From: a secondary endosymbiont of Trabutina mannipara
GTDB taxonomy: Bacteria > Pseudomonadota > Gammaproteobacteria > Enterobacterales > Enterobacteriaceae
DNA length: 32,000 bases
Direction of reading: 5' to 3'
Assembly: GCF_900090215.1 (NCBI RefSeq)
Contig: NZ_LT594522.1
Span: 240,001-272,000, forward strand
Shown: positions 1 through 10,932 of the stretch, in pieces
Numbering within the stretch: the stretch's first letter is position 1
Layout: each line of letters begins with the position of its first letter
Notes under the pieces: model-generated
Seen by the model: only the letters and a program-made list of their open reading frames with translations
What the model was told of the DNA's origin: nothing
Database searches by the model: none
Program-made: the position numbers and the translations under genes

Positions 1-1032
1 ATATATAATAGTTAATATTTTAAATAATGGTTGATAAATGAACCATAACCAGCCATAATCGATTACAAGGTCTAAATAAGGGGCAATATCTGCCATCTTC
101 TGAATTTTGGGACCAATCCATAATGATGCATTTAATTCTTTTTTGCTACCTGCTGCAATAATAACAGGAGTAGATTTAAATCCGATCTCAGCTTGACCGT
201 TACTTAAATACGTTGTATAAAACGTATTTTTTCCTTGGGTAAAAGGAATCCAAGCAGTAGCAAAATATTGCTGTAGCATAGCGATCCAACCTCCATCAGT
301 ATAGACGCTTAAATTTTTTACTTTAATTGCTTTAAAACTATACTTTTGATATTTTTTTGCAGTGGTAGAATAGGATGTGCCACGGTAGCCATGAATTGAA
401 AAATTGCAATTTTTTATTTTTTTTGGGAAAATAATAGACTGTTTTAGTTTACCAAACAAAATTAGCTCTAATTGCTGCGTATTATTTGTGTTATTAACAT
501 TATAATTGATGTTAATAACAAATTCACCGCGTTTTAAAATAAAAGTTTTTTTGTAAACAACACCATCGTAATCGACGTAAGTAAAAGGGACGCGTAACTC
601 TTTCTGAGTATCCTCCATAATATAGGTATTTTTATTAGTTTTATAAAGCGGGCGAAAAATATTTGATTTATTTTTCTGACTATTTTTTACCGTTAGGCCG
701 CTTTGAGCCTGATATACAAATTCATTAGATGTTTCAAGTAAATGAAAAGGTTGCAGTGAATCTAATTTATCTGAATAAGTTAACAGAAAAGCCTGCTCAA
801 TATCACCACCGTAAGGGTTTATTTTTAGTGATAATACGTCAGTATTCACTGTAATAAACCTACCTTCATGTTCCCTAGGAACTTTATTGCTGTTGGGGTC
901 TAACTCTTGTTGCATTTTATGCTGATTAGTATACTTAGAATAATATTCAGTGTCAGTTTTTTGCAAAAAAATGAAAAACACGCACAGCATAGCTATTACA
1001 ATAATTACAAGAATATTATATTGTGAATCCAT
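1..1032 (-). CDS. yidC: Membrane protein insertase YidC, N-terminal 344 codons (3' end lies beyond position 1)
   Basis: Absent from the ORF track because it is open at the window edge. My minus-strand translation from ATG (1032..1030) reads MDSQYNILVIIVIAMLCVFFIFLQK...FKSTPVIIAAGSKKELNASLWIGPKIQKMADIAPYLDLVIDYGWLWFIYQPLFKILTIIY, with no stop in 344 codons. It is collinear with E. coli YidC TM1 plus the periplasmic domain, up to the conserved LDLTVDYGWLWFISQPLF segment. It lies downstream of rnpA as in Enterobacterales. Confidence 0.9.
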   Translation of the reverse strand, partial: MDSQYNILVIIVIAMLCVFFIFLQKTDTEYYSKYTNQHKMQQELDPNSNKVPREHEGRFITVNTDVLSLKINPYGGDIEQAFLLTYSDKLDSLQPFHLLETSNEFVYQAQSGLTVKNSQKNKSNIFRPLYKTNKNTYIMEDTQKELRVPFTYVDYDGVVYKKTFILKRGEFVININYNVNNTNNTQQLELILFGKLKQSIIFPKKIKNCNFSIHGYRGTSYSTTAKKYQKYSFKAIKVKNLSVYTDGGWIAMLQQYFATAWIPFTQGKNTFYTTYLSNGQAEIGFKSTPVIIAAGSKKELNASLWIGPKIQKMADIAPYLDLVIDYGWLWFIYQPLFKILTIIY

Positions 1033-1078
1033 TTTTTTTATTTTTATGGTTCTCTGTTAAGTAAGATGGTCCTCTAAA

Positions 1079-1435
1079 TTAAAAATGGAGACAATGGTAG
1101 TTCCATAATTTATCTAATGTTTCTGTTATGGCAGAATTATTTTTATAAAAATTTGTAAAGTCTTTTTTAGCAATAACTACAAAATCCATTGTAGGCAATG
1201 TATGCTGTTGCCGTCGAAAACTTTCGCGTATTAATCGTTTAATTTTGTTGCGTTCATGAGCCTTTTTTATATATTTTTTTGCTATAGTAAAACCAACTCT
1301 TGGATAACCTAATGTATTCAAGCGGCTAAGAATAAGAATATATTGCGTACCCACACGGTGAGGTTTCTGAAATACGAAAAAAAAATCATTAGAAGTTAAC
1401 AACCGTAACTTACGGGTAAATGCAATCTTAATCAC
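1079..1435 (-). CDS. rnpA: RNase P protein component
   Basis: 118-aa [25 protein letters not shown]...[16 protein letters not shown]...MDFVVIAKK aligns full length with E. coli RnpA ([22 protein letters not shown]...AHERNRIKRLTRESFR...MDFVVVAKK). The GTG start (1435..1433) shares one base with the rpmH stop (TAGTG). Confidence 0.95.
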   Translation of the reverse strand: MIKIAFTRKLRLLTSNDFFFVFQKPHRVGTQYILILSRLNTLGYPRVGFTIAKKYIKKAHERNKIKRLIRESFRRQQHTLPTMDFVVIAKKDFTNFYKNNSAITETLDKLWNYHCLHF

Positions 1436-1584
1436 TAGTTTTCTTTAGAAGAAACAGTTAAATACGAACGTCCTTTAGCACGTCGTCGTGCTAAAATATG
1501 ACGCCCTTTTTTATTTGCCATACGAATTCTAAAACCATGGGTGCGATTACGTTTTAATACTGATGGTTGAAAAGTGCGTTTCAT
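1435..1584 (-). CDS. rpmH: 50S ribosomal protein L34
   Basis: 49-codon ORF below the track size cut-off. My translation from ATG 1584..1582 is [49 protein letters not shown], against E. coli L34 [39 protein letters not shown]. It sits in the canonical rpmH-rnpA-yidC order. Confidence 0.95.
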   Translation of the reverse strand: MKRTFQPSVLKRNRTHGFRIRMANKKGRHILARRRAKGRSYLTVSSKEN

Positions 1585-1792
1585 AGCGATATTTACCTAA
1601 ATTTTAGATAATAAATAAGGTAATAAAATACCGATTCATATTATTTATTATAGAGAAATTATCATTATAATAACTGTTAGTCAATTTACATTACGTATTA
1701 CTTTTAAAAAAAAGAGGTAATATTTTTACGATTAGCGCCGATAGCGATGACGTTAATTATGTTTTCCTAAAAAAACTTAGAATAAAGAAGCT

Positions 1793-2905
1793 ATGAAATT
1801 TATCATAAAACGTGAGCATTTAATCAAGCCTCTGCAACAAGTAAGTAACACATTGGGTGTTAGGCGTCCTCTTTTGCCTATTCTAAATAATATACTATTA
1901 CAGATAAATAAAGATAATTTGCTATTGACTGGTACCGATTTAGAACTAGAAATAGTAGCTAAGGTCGTTCTTAATAATTTTTATGAGCAAAGTGTAGCTA
2001 CCACTGTACCAGCACGTAAGTTTTTTGATATTTGCAGAGGTCTACCAGCAGAAGCTGAGATAGCGGTAACGTTAGTAGAAGGTGAAAGGATATTAATTAA
2101 ATCTGGTAGGAGCCGTTATTTACTTTCTACGCTACCTGCAGTAAATTTTCCAAATATAGATGATTGGCAAATCATAGTACAATTTACTATAAAACAATCA
2201 AGTTTGAAAAAATTAATTGAATCAACTCAATTTTCTATGGCACATCAAGATGTACGTTATTACCTAAACGGTATGTTATTTGAAACTGAAGTAGATGCAT
2301 TACGTGCTGTTGCTACAGACGGTCACCGCTTGGCAATGTGCGTCATACCAGTAATCGGCAATATTTTGCCGTTACACTCTGTTATTATACCACGTAAAAG
2401 TATAATTGAGCTAGTGCGCATACTAGATAGTAGTGATAATCCAGTAAAAGTGCAAATTGGTAGTAATAATATCCGTATCAGCGTCGGTAATTATATGTTT
2501 ACCTCAAAACTAGTTAACGGTCGTTTTCCTGATTATCGTAGAGTATTTCTAAAAAATCCTGATAAAAAAATTGAAGCAAAATGTGAGGCTCTTAAACAGG
2601 CTCTTACACGTGCAGCTATTCTATCCAGTGATAGATTTCATGGTGTGCGGTTATATCTTAGTACCAACCAGCTAAAAATTACTGCTAATAATCCTAAACA
2701 GGAAGAAGCAGAAGAGATTATTGATGCTTACTATCATGGTAGTGAAGTAGAAATTGCTTTTAACGTCAGTTATGTACTTGACGTGCTCAATGCTTTAAAG
2801 TGCGATGTAGTACGAATATTACTAACAGATGGGGTTTCTAGTGTGCAAATTGTAGATAGCGCTAACAAAGTAGCTATTTATATAATTATGCCGATACGGC
2901 TCTAA
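1793..2905 (+). CDS. dnaN: DNA polymerase III beta sliding clamp
   Basis: 370 aa. MKFIIKREHLIKPLQQVSN...TQFSMAHQDVRYYLNGMLFETE...ATDGHRLA...LVNGRFPDYRRV...FNVSYVLDVLNALKC...IIMPIRL is collinear with E. coli DnaN (366 aa) over the whole length. Confidence 0.97.
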   Translation: MKFIIKREHLIKPLQQVSNTLGVRRPLLPILNNILLQINKDNLLLTGTDLELEIVAKVVLNNFYEQSVATTVPARKFFDICRGLPAEAEIAVTLVEGERILIKSGRSRYLLSTLPAVNFPNIDDWQIIVQFTIKQSSLKKLIESTQFSMAHQDVRYYLNGMLFETEVDALRAVATDGHRLAMCVIPVIGNILPLHSVIIPRKSIIELVRILDSSDNPVKVQIGSNNIRISVGNYMFTSKLVNGRFPDYRRVFLKNPDKKIEAKCEALKQALTRAAILSSDRFHGVRLYLSTNQLKITANNPKQEEAEEIIDAYYHGSEVEIAFNVSYVLDVLNALKCDVVRILLTDGVSSVQIVDSANKVAIYIIMPIRL

Positions 2906-3004
2906 TAAAAATTTACCGTAATTTAATAATTTTTAAAAGTAATACGTAATGAACGTAATGAATTGCTACCTACTCTGCCTAATAAACAGTGCCGTGCCAT
3001 AATT

Positions 3005-3958
3005 CTAAACAAGAACCATGCCTGGAATAAACAATTCCCGACGGGAATTTAGTAATTCATGTACTTGCATTACTTTTTTACTTTCAGGCTGCAACTTAGT
3101 TAATGTTAGTATTCCATCTCCAGTAGTAATATGGATACCTTTTTTATCAGCAGCAAAAATTGTTCCTGGTAAATAAGAAGCTGTATGTAGTTGCTTATTA
3201 ACTCTAGCAGCCCATACTCTAATATAATGTCCATTAATTAGAAAATAACTTATAGGCCATGGATTAAAAGCTCTAATACAGCGCTCAAGCTGAACTGCTG
3301 ATAAGCTCCAGTCTATTCTGGCTTCTTCCTTACTTATTTTGTAAGCATAGGAAGCTAGTTCGTTATTTTGTGGCTCAGCTGTAACGCTGCCAGCGATAAG
3401 TAGTTCCAGAGTTTTTAGCAGTGCATTAGACCCCATTTTAGCTAATTTAGCATATAATGAAGCGCTAGTATCGTCAGGTTGTATAGTACATATGTTCCTA
3501 TACAGCACAGGACCAGTATCAAGACCAGCATCCATTTTGATAATAGTTATGCCAGTGAAATCGTCACCTGCCAATAATGCTCTATGAATAGGCGCTGCCC
3601 CGCGCCATTTAGGTAATAGTGACCCATGCACATTAATACATCCTATTTTGGGAATATCTAAAACGGCTTTGGGTAGAATCATACTATAAGCTACTACCAC
3701 TAGAATATCTGCATTTAACTCTTCTATACAACGTTGAACTTCAATGTTGTGCAGTGAAAAAGGCTGAAATACCGGCACATTATAGCTTTCTGCTAACTGC
3801 TTAACTGGGCTGGGGGTAAATATATTTCCATGTCCTGCAGGACGATCTGGCTGAGTTAAAACACCTATTAAATTATGTTTAGTATTAATTAGCGCATTTA
3901 AATGGCAAGAAGCAAAATTAGGTGTACCAGCAAATAGAATACGTAAAGAATATAACAC
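3005..3958 (-). CDS. fmt: Methionyl-tRNA formyltransferase
   Basis: [12 protein letters not shown]...[10 protein letters not shown]...[23 protein letters not shown]...[25 protein letters not shown] match E. coli Fmt. The track ORF opens at a TTG (3988). I prefer the GTG at 3958..3956, which has a TAGGAA Shine-Dalgarno about 6 nt upstream and gives the E. coli-like N-terminus [13 protein letters not shown]. The ATG at 3976 is the alternative start. Confidence 0.93.
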   Translation of the reverse strand: MLYSLRILFAGTPNFASCHLNALINTKHNLIGVLTQPDRPAGHGNIFTPSPVKQLAESYNVPVFQPFSLHNIEVQRCIEELNADILVVVAYSMILPKAVLDIPKIGCINVHGSLLPKWRGAAPIHRALLAGDDFTGITIIKMDAGLDTGPVLYRNICTIQPDDTSASLYAKLAKMGSNALLKTLELLIAGSVTAEPQNNELASYAYKISKEEARIDWSLSAVQLERCIRAFNPWPISYFLINGHYIRVWAARVNKQLHTASYLPGTIFAADKKGIHITTGDGILTLTKLQPESKKVMQVHELLNSRRELFIPGMVLV

Positions 3959-4008
3959 GATAATTCCTAAATTCATATTTGTTAACAATATCCATTTCGC
4001 ACTAAATA

Positions 4009-4473
4009 TTAAAGCGCTGATGTTTTAGGCGACAAATAATCGATAAATAATCTACCCACTAAGTGGTCTATCTCGTGTTGGATGCAAATTGCAAGAATAG
4101 CATCAGCTTCAAACTTAAAAAATTTACCTGTTCTATCTAAAGCCAAAACTTTTATAGTTTCAGCACGTGAAACAAAACCACGAAAACCTGGAATAGACAA
4201 ACAGCCTTCATCAAGGCCTATTTTTCCACTTTTTTTTAGTATTTCTGGATTTATTAGTACTAAACGCTGATCTCTATTTTCCGAGACATCAATCACAATT
4301 ATCCTCTGATGAATATCAACTTGGGTAGCTGCTAGGCCTATACCATCTTCAGCATACATAGTTTCAAACATATCATCCACTATGCGTTGGATAGTATCAT
4401 TAATTTCAGCAACTGGTTTTGCTATTTTTCGCAGCCGCTCGTCAGGGTAATGTAATACCTGCAGTAATGCCAT
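4009..4473 (-). CDS. def: Peptide deformylase (C-terminal helix shortened, 154 aa vs 169 in E. coli)
   Basis: [21 protein letters not shown]...[22 protein letters not shown]...EGCLSIP...[18 protein letters not shown] carries all three deformylase motifs (GxGxAAxQ, EGCLS, HExDH). def-fmt are adjacent as in E. coli. Confidence 0.96.
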   Translation of the reverse strand: MALLQVLHYPDERLRKIAKPVAEINDTIQRIVDDMFETMYAEDGIGLAATQVDIHQRIIVIDVSENRDQRLVLINPEILKKSGKIGLDEGCLSIPGFRGFVSRAETIKVLALDRTGKFFKFEADAILAICIQHEIDHLVGRLFIDYLSPKTSAL

Positions 4474-4612
4474 AATATCTGAATCTATGTTTTAAACTTA
4501 CTCATCGATTAGCGTCTAATAAGACGCTATACATAGAATTATATTATACAAAAAAATAAATAGCAAAAATAAATATTTGAAATTTTTTAAATAAAATTAT
4601 TATTTTTTTAAC

Positions 4613-4640
4613 TTGATATTTTTAAAAACAGCTATACAAT
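4613..4640 (+). promoter_or_regulatory. Putative sigma-70 promoter of the tRNA-Glu gene
   Basis: TTGATA (4613..4618), a 16-nt spacer, then TACAAT (4635..4640), ending 15 nt upstream of the mature tRNA 5' end. The background is AT-rich, so chance matches are common. Confidence 0.4.
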
Positions 4641-4655
4641 ATATTACTTATTTTT

Positions 4656-4728
4656 GTCCCTTTCGTCTAGTGGCCTAGGACACTGCCCTTTCACGGCGGC
4701 AACAGGGGTTCGAACCCCCTAGGGGACA
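4656..4728 (+). tRNA. tRNA-Glu (anticodon UUC), stand-alone, no encoded CCA
   Basis: GTCCCTTTCGTCTAGTGGCCTAGGACACTGCCCTTTCACGGCGGCAACAGGGGTTCGAACCCCCTAGGGGACA is near-identical to E. coli tRNA-Glu2. It folds with a 7-bp acceptor stem (GTCCCTT/AGGGGAC), an anticodon loop CTTTCAC and a T-loop TTCGAAC. The 3' end is followed by TTT rather than CCA. Confidence 0.95.
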
Positions 4729-4738
4729 TTTTTGCTAT

Positions 4739-5305
4739 TTATTTTTCTCTAGAGACATACTCACTAGAGCGAGTATCTACTTTAATAATTTCGCCAACAT
4801 TAACAAATAACGGCACTTTAACTATCGCTCCAGTAGTTAAAATAGCTATTTTTTTACCACTGGTACTGATATTATATCCATAGGGATCAGTTTTTATAAT
4901 CTTTAATGCTACGAAGTTAGGCGTTGTGACAGCAATTACTTGACCGTTCCACAAAGTAATAACATACTCAGTTTGTTCTACCATCCATTTTATAGTATCA
5001 CCAACTAATTTAATATTAACTGCTAGTTGTTCAAAATTACTGTTATTCATAAAATAACAGAATTTACCGTCGTTATACAAATAAATAAAATTGATATCAA
5101 TAACATCTGCTGCTTCTACCAATCTACCAGATTTAAATACTTTTTCTAAAATTTTGCCTGAAATTAATTTCTTCATACGAACTCTGTTAAACGCCTGTCC
5201 TTTTCCAGGATTTACGAATTGATTGTCAATGATCGAGCATGGCTCTCCATCAAACATAATTTTGATACCACAACTGAATTCTTTTGTACTATAATAATAT
5301 ACCAT
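4739..5305 (-). CDS. efp: Elongation factor P
   Basis: 188 aa. [29 protein letters not shown]...[19 protein letters not shown]...[28 protein letters not shown] is collinear with E. coli EF-P. The PGKGQA loop with the Lys34 equivalent is conserved. Confidence 0.96.
   Translation of the reverse strand: MVYYYSTKEFSCGIKIMFDGEPCSIIDNQFVNPGKGQAFNRVRMKKLISGKILEKVFKSGRLVEAADVIDINFIYLYNDGKFCYFMNNSNFEQLAVNIKLVGDTIKWMVEQTEYVITLWNGQVIAVTTPNFVALKIIKTDPYGYNISTSGKKIAILTTGAIVKVPLFVNVGEIIKVDTRSSEYVSREK
5190..5272. repeat. 83-bp direct repeat, copy A (inside efp, about codons 12-39)
   Basis: Checked base by base: 5190..5272 is identical (83/83) to 5335..5417 at an offset of 145 bp. Identity breaks at 5189/5334 and at 5273/5418. 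Confidence 0.95.
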
Positions 5306-5334
5306 AATAAATAGTTATTTTTAATAAACTAAAC

Positions 5335-5417
5335 AACGCCTGTCCTTTTCCAGGATTTACGAATTGATTGTCAATGATCGAGCATGGCTCTCCATCAAAC
5401 ATAATTTTGATACCACA
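5335..5417. repeat. 83-bp direct repeat, copy B (non-coding, 30 bp upstream of the efp start codon)
   Basis: Same evidence as copy A. Copy B lies between the efp ATG (5305) and the groEL terminator (5465..5498). Confidence 0.95.
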
Positions 5418-5464
5418 CAAGGTACTTGCACATAGCGCGTAAACACTTTATAAGCGCTGAAGAT

Positions 5465-5498
5465 AAAAAAATTTAACCCCCCAATTTTGGGGGGTTAA
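5465..5498 (-). terminator. Rho-independent terminator of groES-groEL
   Basis: Read on the minus strand: TTAACCCCCC-AAAATT-GGGGGGTTAA, a perfect 10-bp GC-rich stem (5473..5482 / 5489..5498), followed by A-TTTTTTT (A7 on the plus strand, 5465..5471). It lies 49 nt downstream of the groEL stop. Confidence 0.8.
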
Positions 5499-5546
5499 TA
5501 ATAAAGATCACTTATGTTTAATAACACAGATCAATGTAATTGATGA

Positions 5547-7539
<1,993 letters not shown>

Positions 7540-7620
7540 TGATAGCTCTCCTTAGAAAGTCTGTCTCCTCATTTGAGATGAATGCCAGACACGATATTAT
7601 GCCTGACTTCATAAAAAATA

Positions 7621-7651
7621 TAATGGGGTCGTTCAAGGATGCTTCAAGGGG
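7621..7651 (-). promoter_or_regulatory. Sigma-32 (RpoH) heat-shock promoter of groESL
   Basis: The minus strand reads CCCCTTGAAG-catccttgaacga-CCCCATTA. This gives a -35 CCCTTGAA and a -10 CCCCATTA with 14 nt between TTGAA and CCCCAT, about 80 nt upstream of the groES ATG. It closely resembles the E. coli groE promoter (CCCCCTTGAA-N13-CCCCATTT). Confidence 0.65.
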
Positions 7652-8030
7652 TTAAACAATTTTTATGCGCTCTAAATATAATTTGTTGCTAGAAAATAGC
7701 GTATTAAAGCATAAAACAAGTAATAAAGGATAAGGATAAAATAGCAATTTTGCATTTGGCGCTGCATTAGCTTCTTACTGCATGCAAAAAGCTGTATTAA
7801 AACAACATTTTTACGTGGGGTAAAAAAACCACACTATGGTATTATGAGCTGCTACAATTAAAATTGTCTCATGTATACAGAATAGCTTTGTATAACAAAC
7901 TAAAATATTGAAGGGCCAAAGCACAGGTATAAGCAGCAAGCTTAAGCTTAAGATGCTGCAGTCAATGTAAATGCAGACACAGGCACGTTTATTTTGTATC
8001 ATTACGAAAAAATAAAGGAAGTAGATTATT

Positions 8031-9893
8031 ATGTCAATTAAAGTATTACCACCACATATTGCTAATCAAATTGCAGCAGGTGAAGTAGTTTTCCGACCTG
8101 CATCGGTAGTAAAAGAAATAATTGAAAACAGTCTTGATGCTGGAGCAACAAGAATTGAAATTAATATCGAACGTGGGGGTACAAAACGCATCAGTATCAT
8201 AGATAACGGAAACGGTATAGCTAAAGAGGAACTAAAAATAGCGCTGAAACGCCATTCAACCAGCAAAATAACCAGTATGAAAGATCTTGAAAACATCACC
8301 AGCATGGGATTTCGCGGTGAAGCGCTAAATAGCATCAGCTCTGTGTCGCGTTTAACACTTACTTCGCGTACGACCTCACAGAACGAAGCTTGGCAAGTAT
8401 ATTCCGAGGGAAGCGACTTAGCGGTAACATTGAAACCAGCAGCACACCCCGTAGGAACAACAATAGAAGTATTAGATTTATTTTATAACATGCCAGCTCG
8501 TCGCAAATTTATGCGTACTGAAAAAACCGAATTTACATATATTGATGAAATAATTCGTCGTATGGCACTGTCAAGATTTGACGTAACGTTTATTTTACAG
8601 CATAATGGTAAAATTGTGCGTAATTACCTAGCTGTTAGCCAGCAAAGGAAGCATCGGAGCCGGATGATTAAAATTTGTGGTACAGCATTTGTAGAACAAT
8701 CACTAGAAATATATTGGCAGCATAATAGCAATATAGCTATCCAAGGGTGGATCAGCAATCCAACATGTAAAAAGATAAATATGCAGTACATTTATGTTAA
8801 TAAGCGAACTATACGTAATAATAAATTAATTAAAAACGCTGTACTGCAGGCTTATCAAGAAAAAATTACTGGTACGCAACATCCTGCATTTGTATTGTTC
8901 CTTGACGTCAAGTCTAATAAGGTAGATATTAATGTCCATCCTACTAAAAATGATGTGCTATTTTACCATAATAGGTTAATACATGACTTTATCTACCAGG
9001 CGGTAGTTACTGCCTTGCAACACCACAATTTTATTTCAGAAAAAATAAAAATAATAAAAAATAGCCAATCTTCTGGACATAATTCTTTTTCTAATCATGA
9101 TGATACATTAATATCTTCAGTGTCCCATCCAACAGGATGGATGCCACATGAATTGCAAAAAGAACAGCGTAATATTTTAGAAAAGCCACTAAAGTTAGGA
9201 GACGGCATAAATTTAGTTGAAAAAAAACAATATGGCAGCACCTGTAACGATACAATTAAGATTAATGCTACCAGAATAAATAAAAATAAACCAGATATGA
9301 TATCTGGTAATTATTATAGTTTTGGCCGTATACTAACCTTAATTGCACCCTGTTATGCACTTCTAGAATTAGAAAATAGCTTAGCATTGCTATCACTATC
9401 AGTTGCAAACAGATGTTTAATAGAGTACAAACTAACAACAGGTATAATAGATGATACGCTGATCTATCAGCCATTACTAATTCCTTTAAGGATTAATTTA
9501 TGCAAAGAAAAAAAAATAGTACTAAAATATTATCAGCAAGTATTAAAAAAAATAGGTTTTTCATTCGAATTACATCGAAATCAAGCTACACTGAAAGCGG
9601 TCCCTTTACTTTTTAAAAAAAATTTAAAAAACTTGATTACAGACTTATTAGTTTACTTGCAGCTCAATAGAGTAGCAGTTACGCATCAACAAATTATAGT
9701 ATGGATAACTAATCATTTGCATAAAGAAAAAAAATCAGTAGCCTGGAACTATTATCAAGCAATGCAATTGCTGGCCGATATAGAGCTAATTTGGCCACAG
9801 TGGTTAAAAAATGCTCAATATAGACTTCTAGTTACATTAAATGTTGAAACCGCCATTCAAGCACTAAATCAAGATAAAGCACTAAATGAATAA
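8031..9893 (+). CDS. mutL: DNA mismatch repair protein MutL
   Basis: 620 aa. The N-terminal GHKL ATPase region is conserved ([44 protein letters not shown]...[21 protein letters not shown]...[22 protein letters not shown]). The C-terminal domain is more diverged but keeps QPLLIPL. The last 8 nt overlap miaA. Confidence 0.93.
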   Translation: MSIKVLPPHIANQIAAGEVVFRPASVVKEIIENSLDAGATRIEINIERGGTKRISIIDNGNGIAKEELKIALKRHSTSKITSMKDLENITSMGFRGEALNSISSVSRLTLTSRTTSQNEAWQVYSEGSDLAVTLKPAAHPVGTTIEVLDLFYNMPARRKFMRTEKTEFTYIDEIIRRMALSRFDVTFILQHNGKIVRNYLAVSQQRKHRSRMIKICGTAFVEQSLEIYWQHNSNIAIQGWISNPTCKKINMQYIYVNKRTIRNNKLIKNAVLQAYQEKITGTQHPAFVLFLDVKSNKVDINVHPTKNDVLFYHNRLIHDFIYQAVVTALQHHNFISEKIKIIKNSQSSGHNSFSNHDDTLISSVSHPTGWMPHELQKEQRNILEKPLKLGDGINLVEKKQYGSTCNDTIKINATRINKNKPDMISGNYYSFGRILTLIAPCYALLELENSLALLSLSVANRCLIEYKLTTGIIDDTLIYQPLLIPLRINLCKEKKIVLKYYQQVLKKIGFSFELHRNQATLKAVPLLFKKNLKNLITDLLVYLQLNRVAVTHQQIIVWITNHLHKEKKSVAWNYYQAMQLLADIELIWPQWLKNAQYRLLVTLNVETAIQALNQDKALNE

Positions 9894-10839
9894 ACTAAAT
9901 CCTCAGAATAAACTAAATCCTCAGGCTATTTTTCTAATGGGACCTACAGCATCTGGCAAAACCAAATTAGTAATAGCGCTATACAAGCAGCTTCCAGTAG
10001 ATATTATTAGCGTTGATTCAGCGTTAATATATCGTGGAATGAATATCGGAACTGCTAAACCAGACGTTAAACAAATGGCGTTAGTGCCGCATCGTATGAT
10101 AGATATCCGCGATCCTTTAGATTCTTATTCAGTAGCAGATTTTCGCCGTGATGCTATTAAGGAAATGACAGAAATCACTGAAGCAGGTCGTATACCATTA
10201 CTAGTAGGTGGAACTATGCTCTATTTTAAAGCTCTACTATATGGATTATCCTCACAATTGCCTCCAGCAAATACCGAAGTACGTTATTACATTAAACATG
10301 TAGCGAAAATAGTAGGTTGGAATACATTGCACTTGCATTTAAAAAATATAGATCCTATTGCAGCCAATAGGATTCATCAACATGATCTACAAAGATTATC
10401 GCGAGCACTTGAAATTTTTTTTATTACAGGTAACTCTATAACAGAGCTGAGAAAAAAAACAGGTGAAGAAGTATTAAATTATCGAGTACATTCATTCGCT
10501 ATTGTGCCATTTGACCGTGCATTATTGCATCAGCGTATTGCACAACGCTTTCATATGATGTTAGCTATTGGTTTCGAAAATGAAGTATGTACACTTTTTG
10601 CTCGCGGTGATCTTAATAGAGAAATGTCATCTATTAGATGTGTTGGCTATCGCCAGATGTGGTCATATATTTCTAATGAAATAAGTTATGATGATATGGT
10701 TTTTAGCGGTATTTGTGCTACAAGGCAGCTTGCAAAGCGCCAAATAACATGGCTACGTAGATGGCCTAATGTTCATTATCTAGATATCGATAACCAGTAT
10801 AATGCACTTAACAAAATATTAAAAATTATAAGTATTTAA
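9886..10839 (+). CDS. miaA: tRNA dimethylallyltransferase (i6A37)
   Basis: 317 aa. [13 protein letters not shown]...[19 protein letters not shown]...[18 protein letters not shown]...[11 protein letters not shown]...[14 protein letters not shown] is collinear with E. coli MiaA. mutL-miaA adjacency is conserved. Confidence 0.96.
   Translation: MNKLNPQNKLNPQAIFLMGPTASGKTKLVIALYKQLPVDIISVDSALIYRGMNIGTAKPDVKQMALVPHRMIDIRDPLDSYSVADFRRDAIKEMTEITEAGRIPLLVGGTMLYFKALLYGLSSQLPPANTEVRYYIKHVAKIVGWNTLHLHLKNIDPIAANRIHQHDLQRLSRALEIFFITGNSITELRKKTGEEVLNYRVHSFAIVPFDRALLHQRIAQRFHMMLAIGFENEVCTLFARGDLNREMSSIRCVGYRQMWSYISNEISYDDMVFSGICATRQLAKRQITWLRRWPNVHYLDIDNQYNALNKILKIISI
9888..9924. repeat. Perfect 18-bp tandem duplication (aataaactaaatcctcag x2) at the mutL stop / miaA start
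   Basis: 9889..9906 equals 9907..9924 (checked base by base; 19 consecutive positions match at period 18). The first copy contains the mutL TAA (9891..9893). The duplication is in frame in miaA, giving [13 protein letters not shown]. Confidence 0.95.
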
Positions 10840-10874
10840 TATTAAGTATATTATAAGTATTTAATATTAAGTAT
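10825..10874. repeat. Perfect 25-bp tandem duplication (attataagtatttaatattaagtat x2) spanning the miaA stop codon
   Basis: 10825..10849 equals 10850..10874 at all 25 positions, with mismatches immediately outside. The miaA TAA (10837..10839) lies in copy 1. Confidence 0.95.
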
Positions 10875-10932
10875 TTAATGTTGTGGCGTACATTGTACTA
10901 CAATTTAATCTAGATATTTTATTATTTTTGTT

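Noticed and set aside
1033-1078. A possible yidD C-terminal fossil lies between rnpA and yidC. The minus strand reads FRGPSYLTENHKNKK against the E. coli YidD end PPGPFDTREH.
   Set aside because: Only GP...E.H are shared over 46 bp, which is too short and too weak to call. yidD is simply treated as absent.
2944-2961. Shorter tandem duplications occur: 9 bp acgtaatga x2 (2944..2961), 8 bp aaatgcat x2 (24638..24653) and 7 bp tactaac x2 over the mnmA stop (13514..13527).
   Set aside because: By my rough estimate, perfect two-copy repeats with units of 7-9 bp are expected about once or more by chance in 32 kb of DNA this AT-rich. They fit the pattern of the longer duplications but are not independent evidence.
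4082-4270. Short antisense ORFs are embedded in def (4082..4270), mutL (8066..8335, 9268..9474), mfd (14276..14623, 15353..15544), ycfH (16887..17081), mnmG (18250..18447, 19325..19522), typA (26341..26685), rpsK (29463..29681), rpsM/rpmJ (29925..30221, 30193..30399) and secY/rplO (31476..31757).
   Set aside because: All are wholly contained antisense to well-conserved genes and have no recognisable homology or translation signals. They are treated as shadow ORFs.
4510-4529. A perfect 8-bp-stem hairpin tagcgtct-aata-agacgcta lies upstream of def.
   Set aside because: It has no flanking T-tract on either strand, so it is not a convincing terminator. It has no known operator similarity and is an isolated occurrence.
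7811-8002. A 63-aa minus-strand ORF (MIQNKRACVCIYIDCSILSL...) in the groES-mutL spacer could be a small hydrophobic protein.
   Set aside because: It has no Shine-Dalgarno-like sequence upstream and a Cys/Ile/Leu-rich composition expected from random AT-rich DNA. It lies upstream of, not within, the groESL transcription unit.
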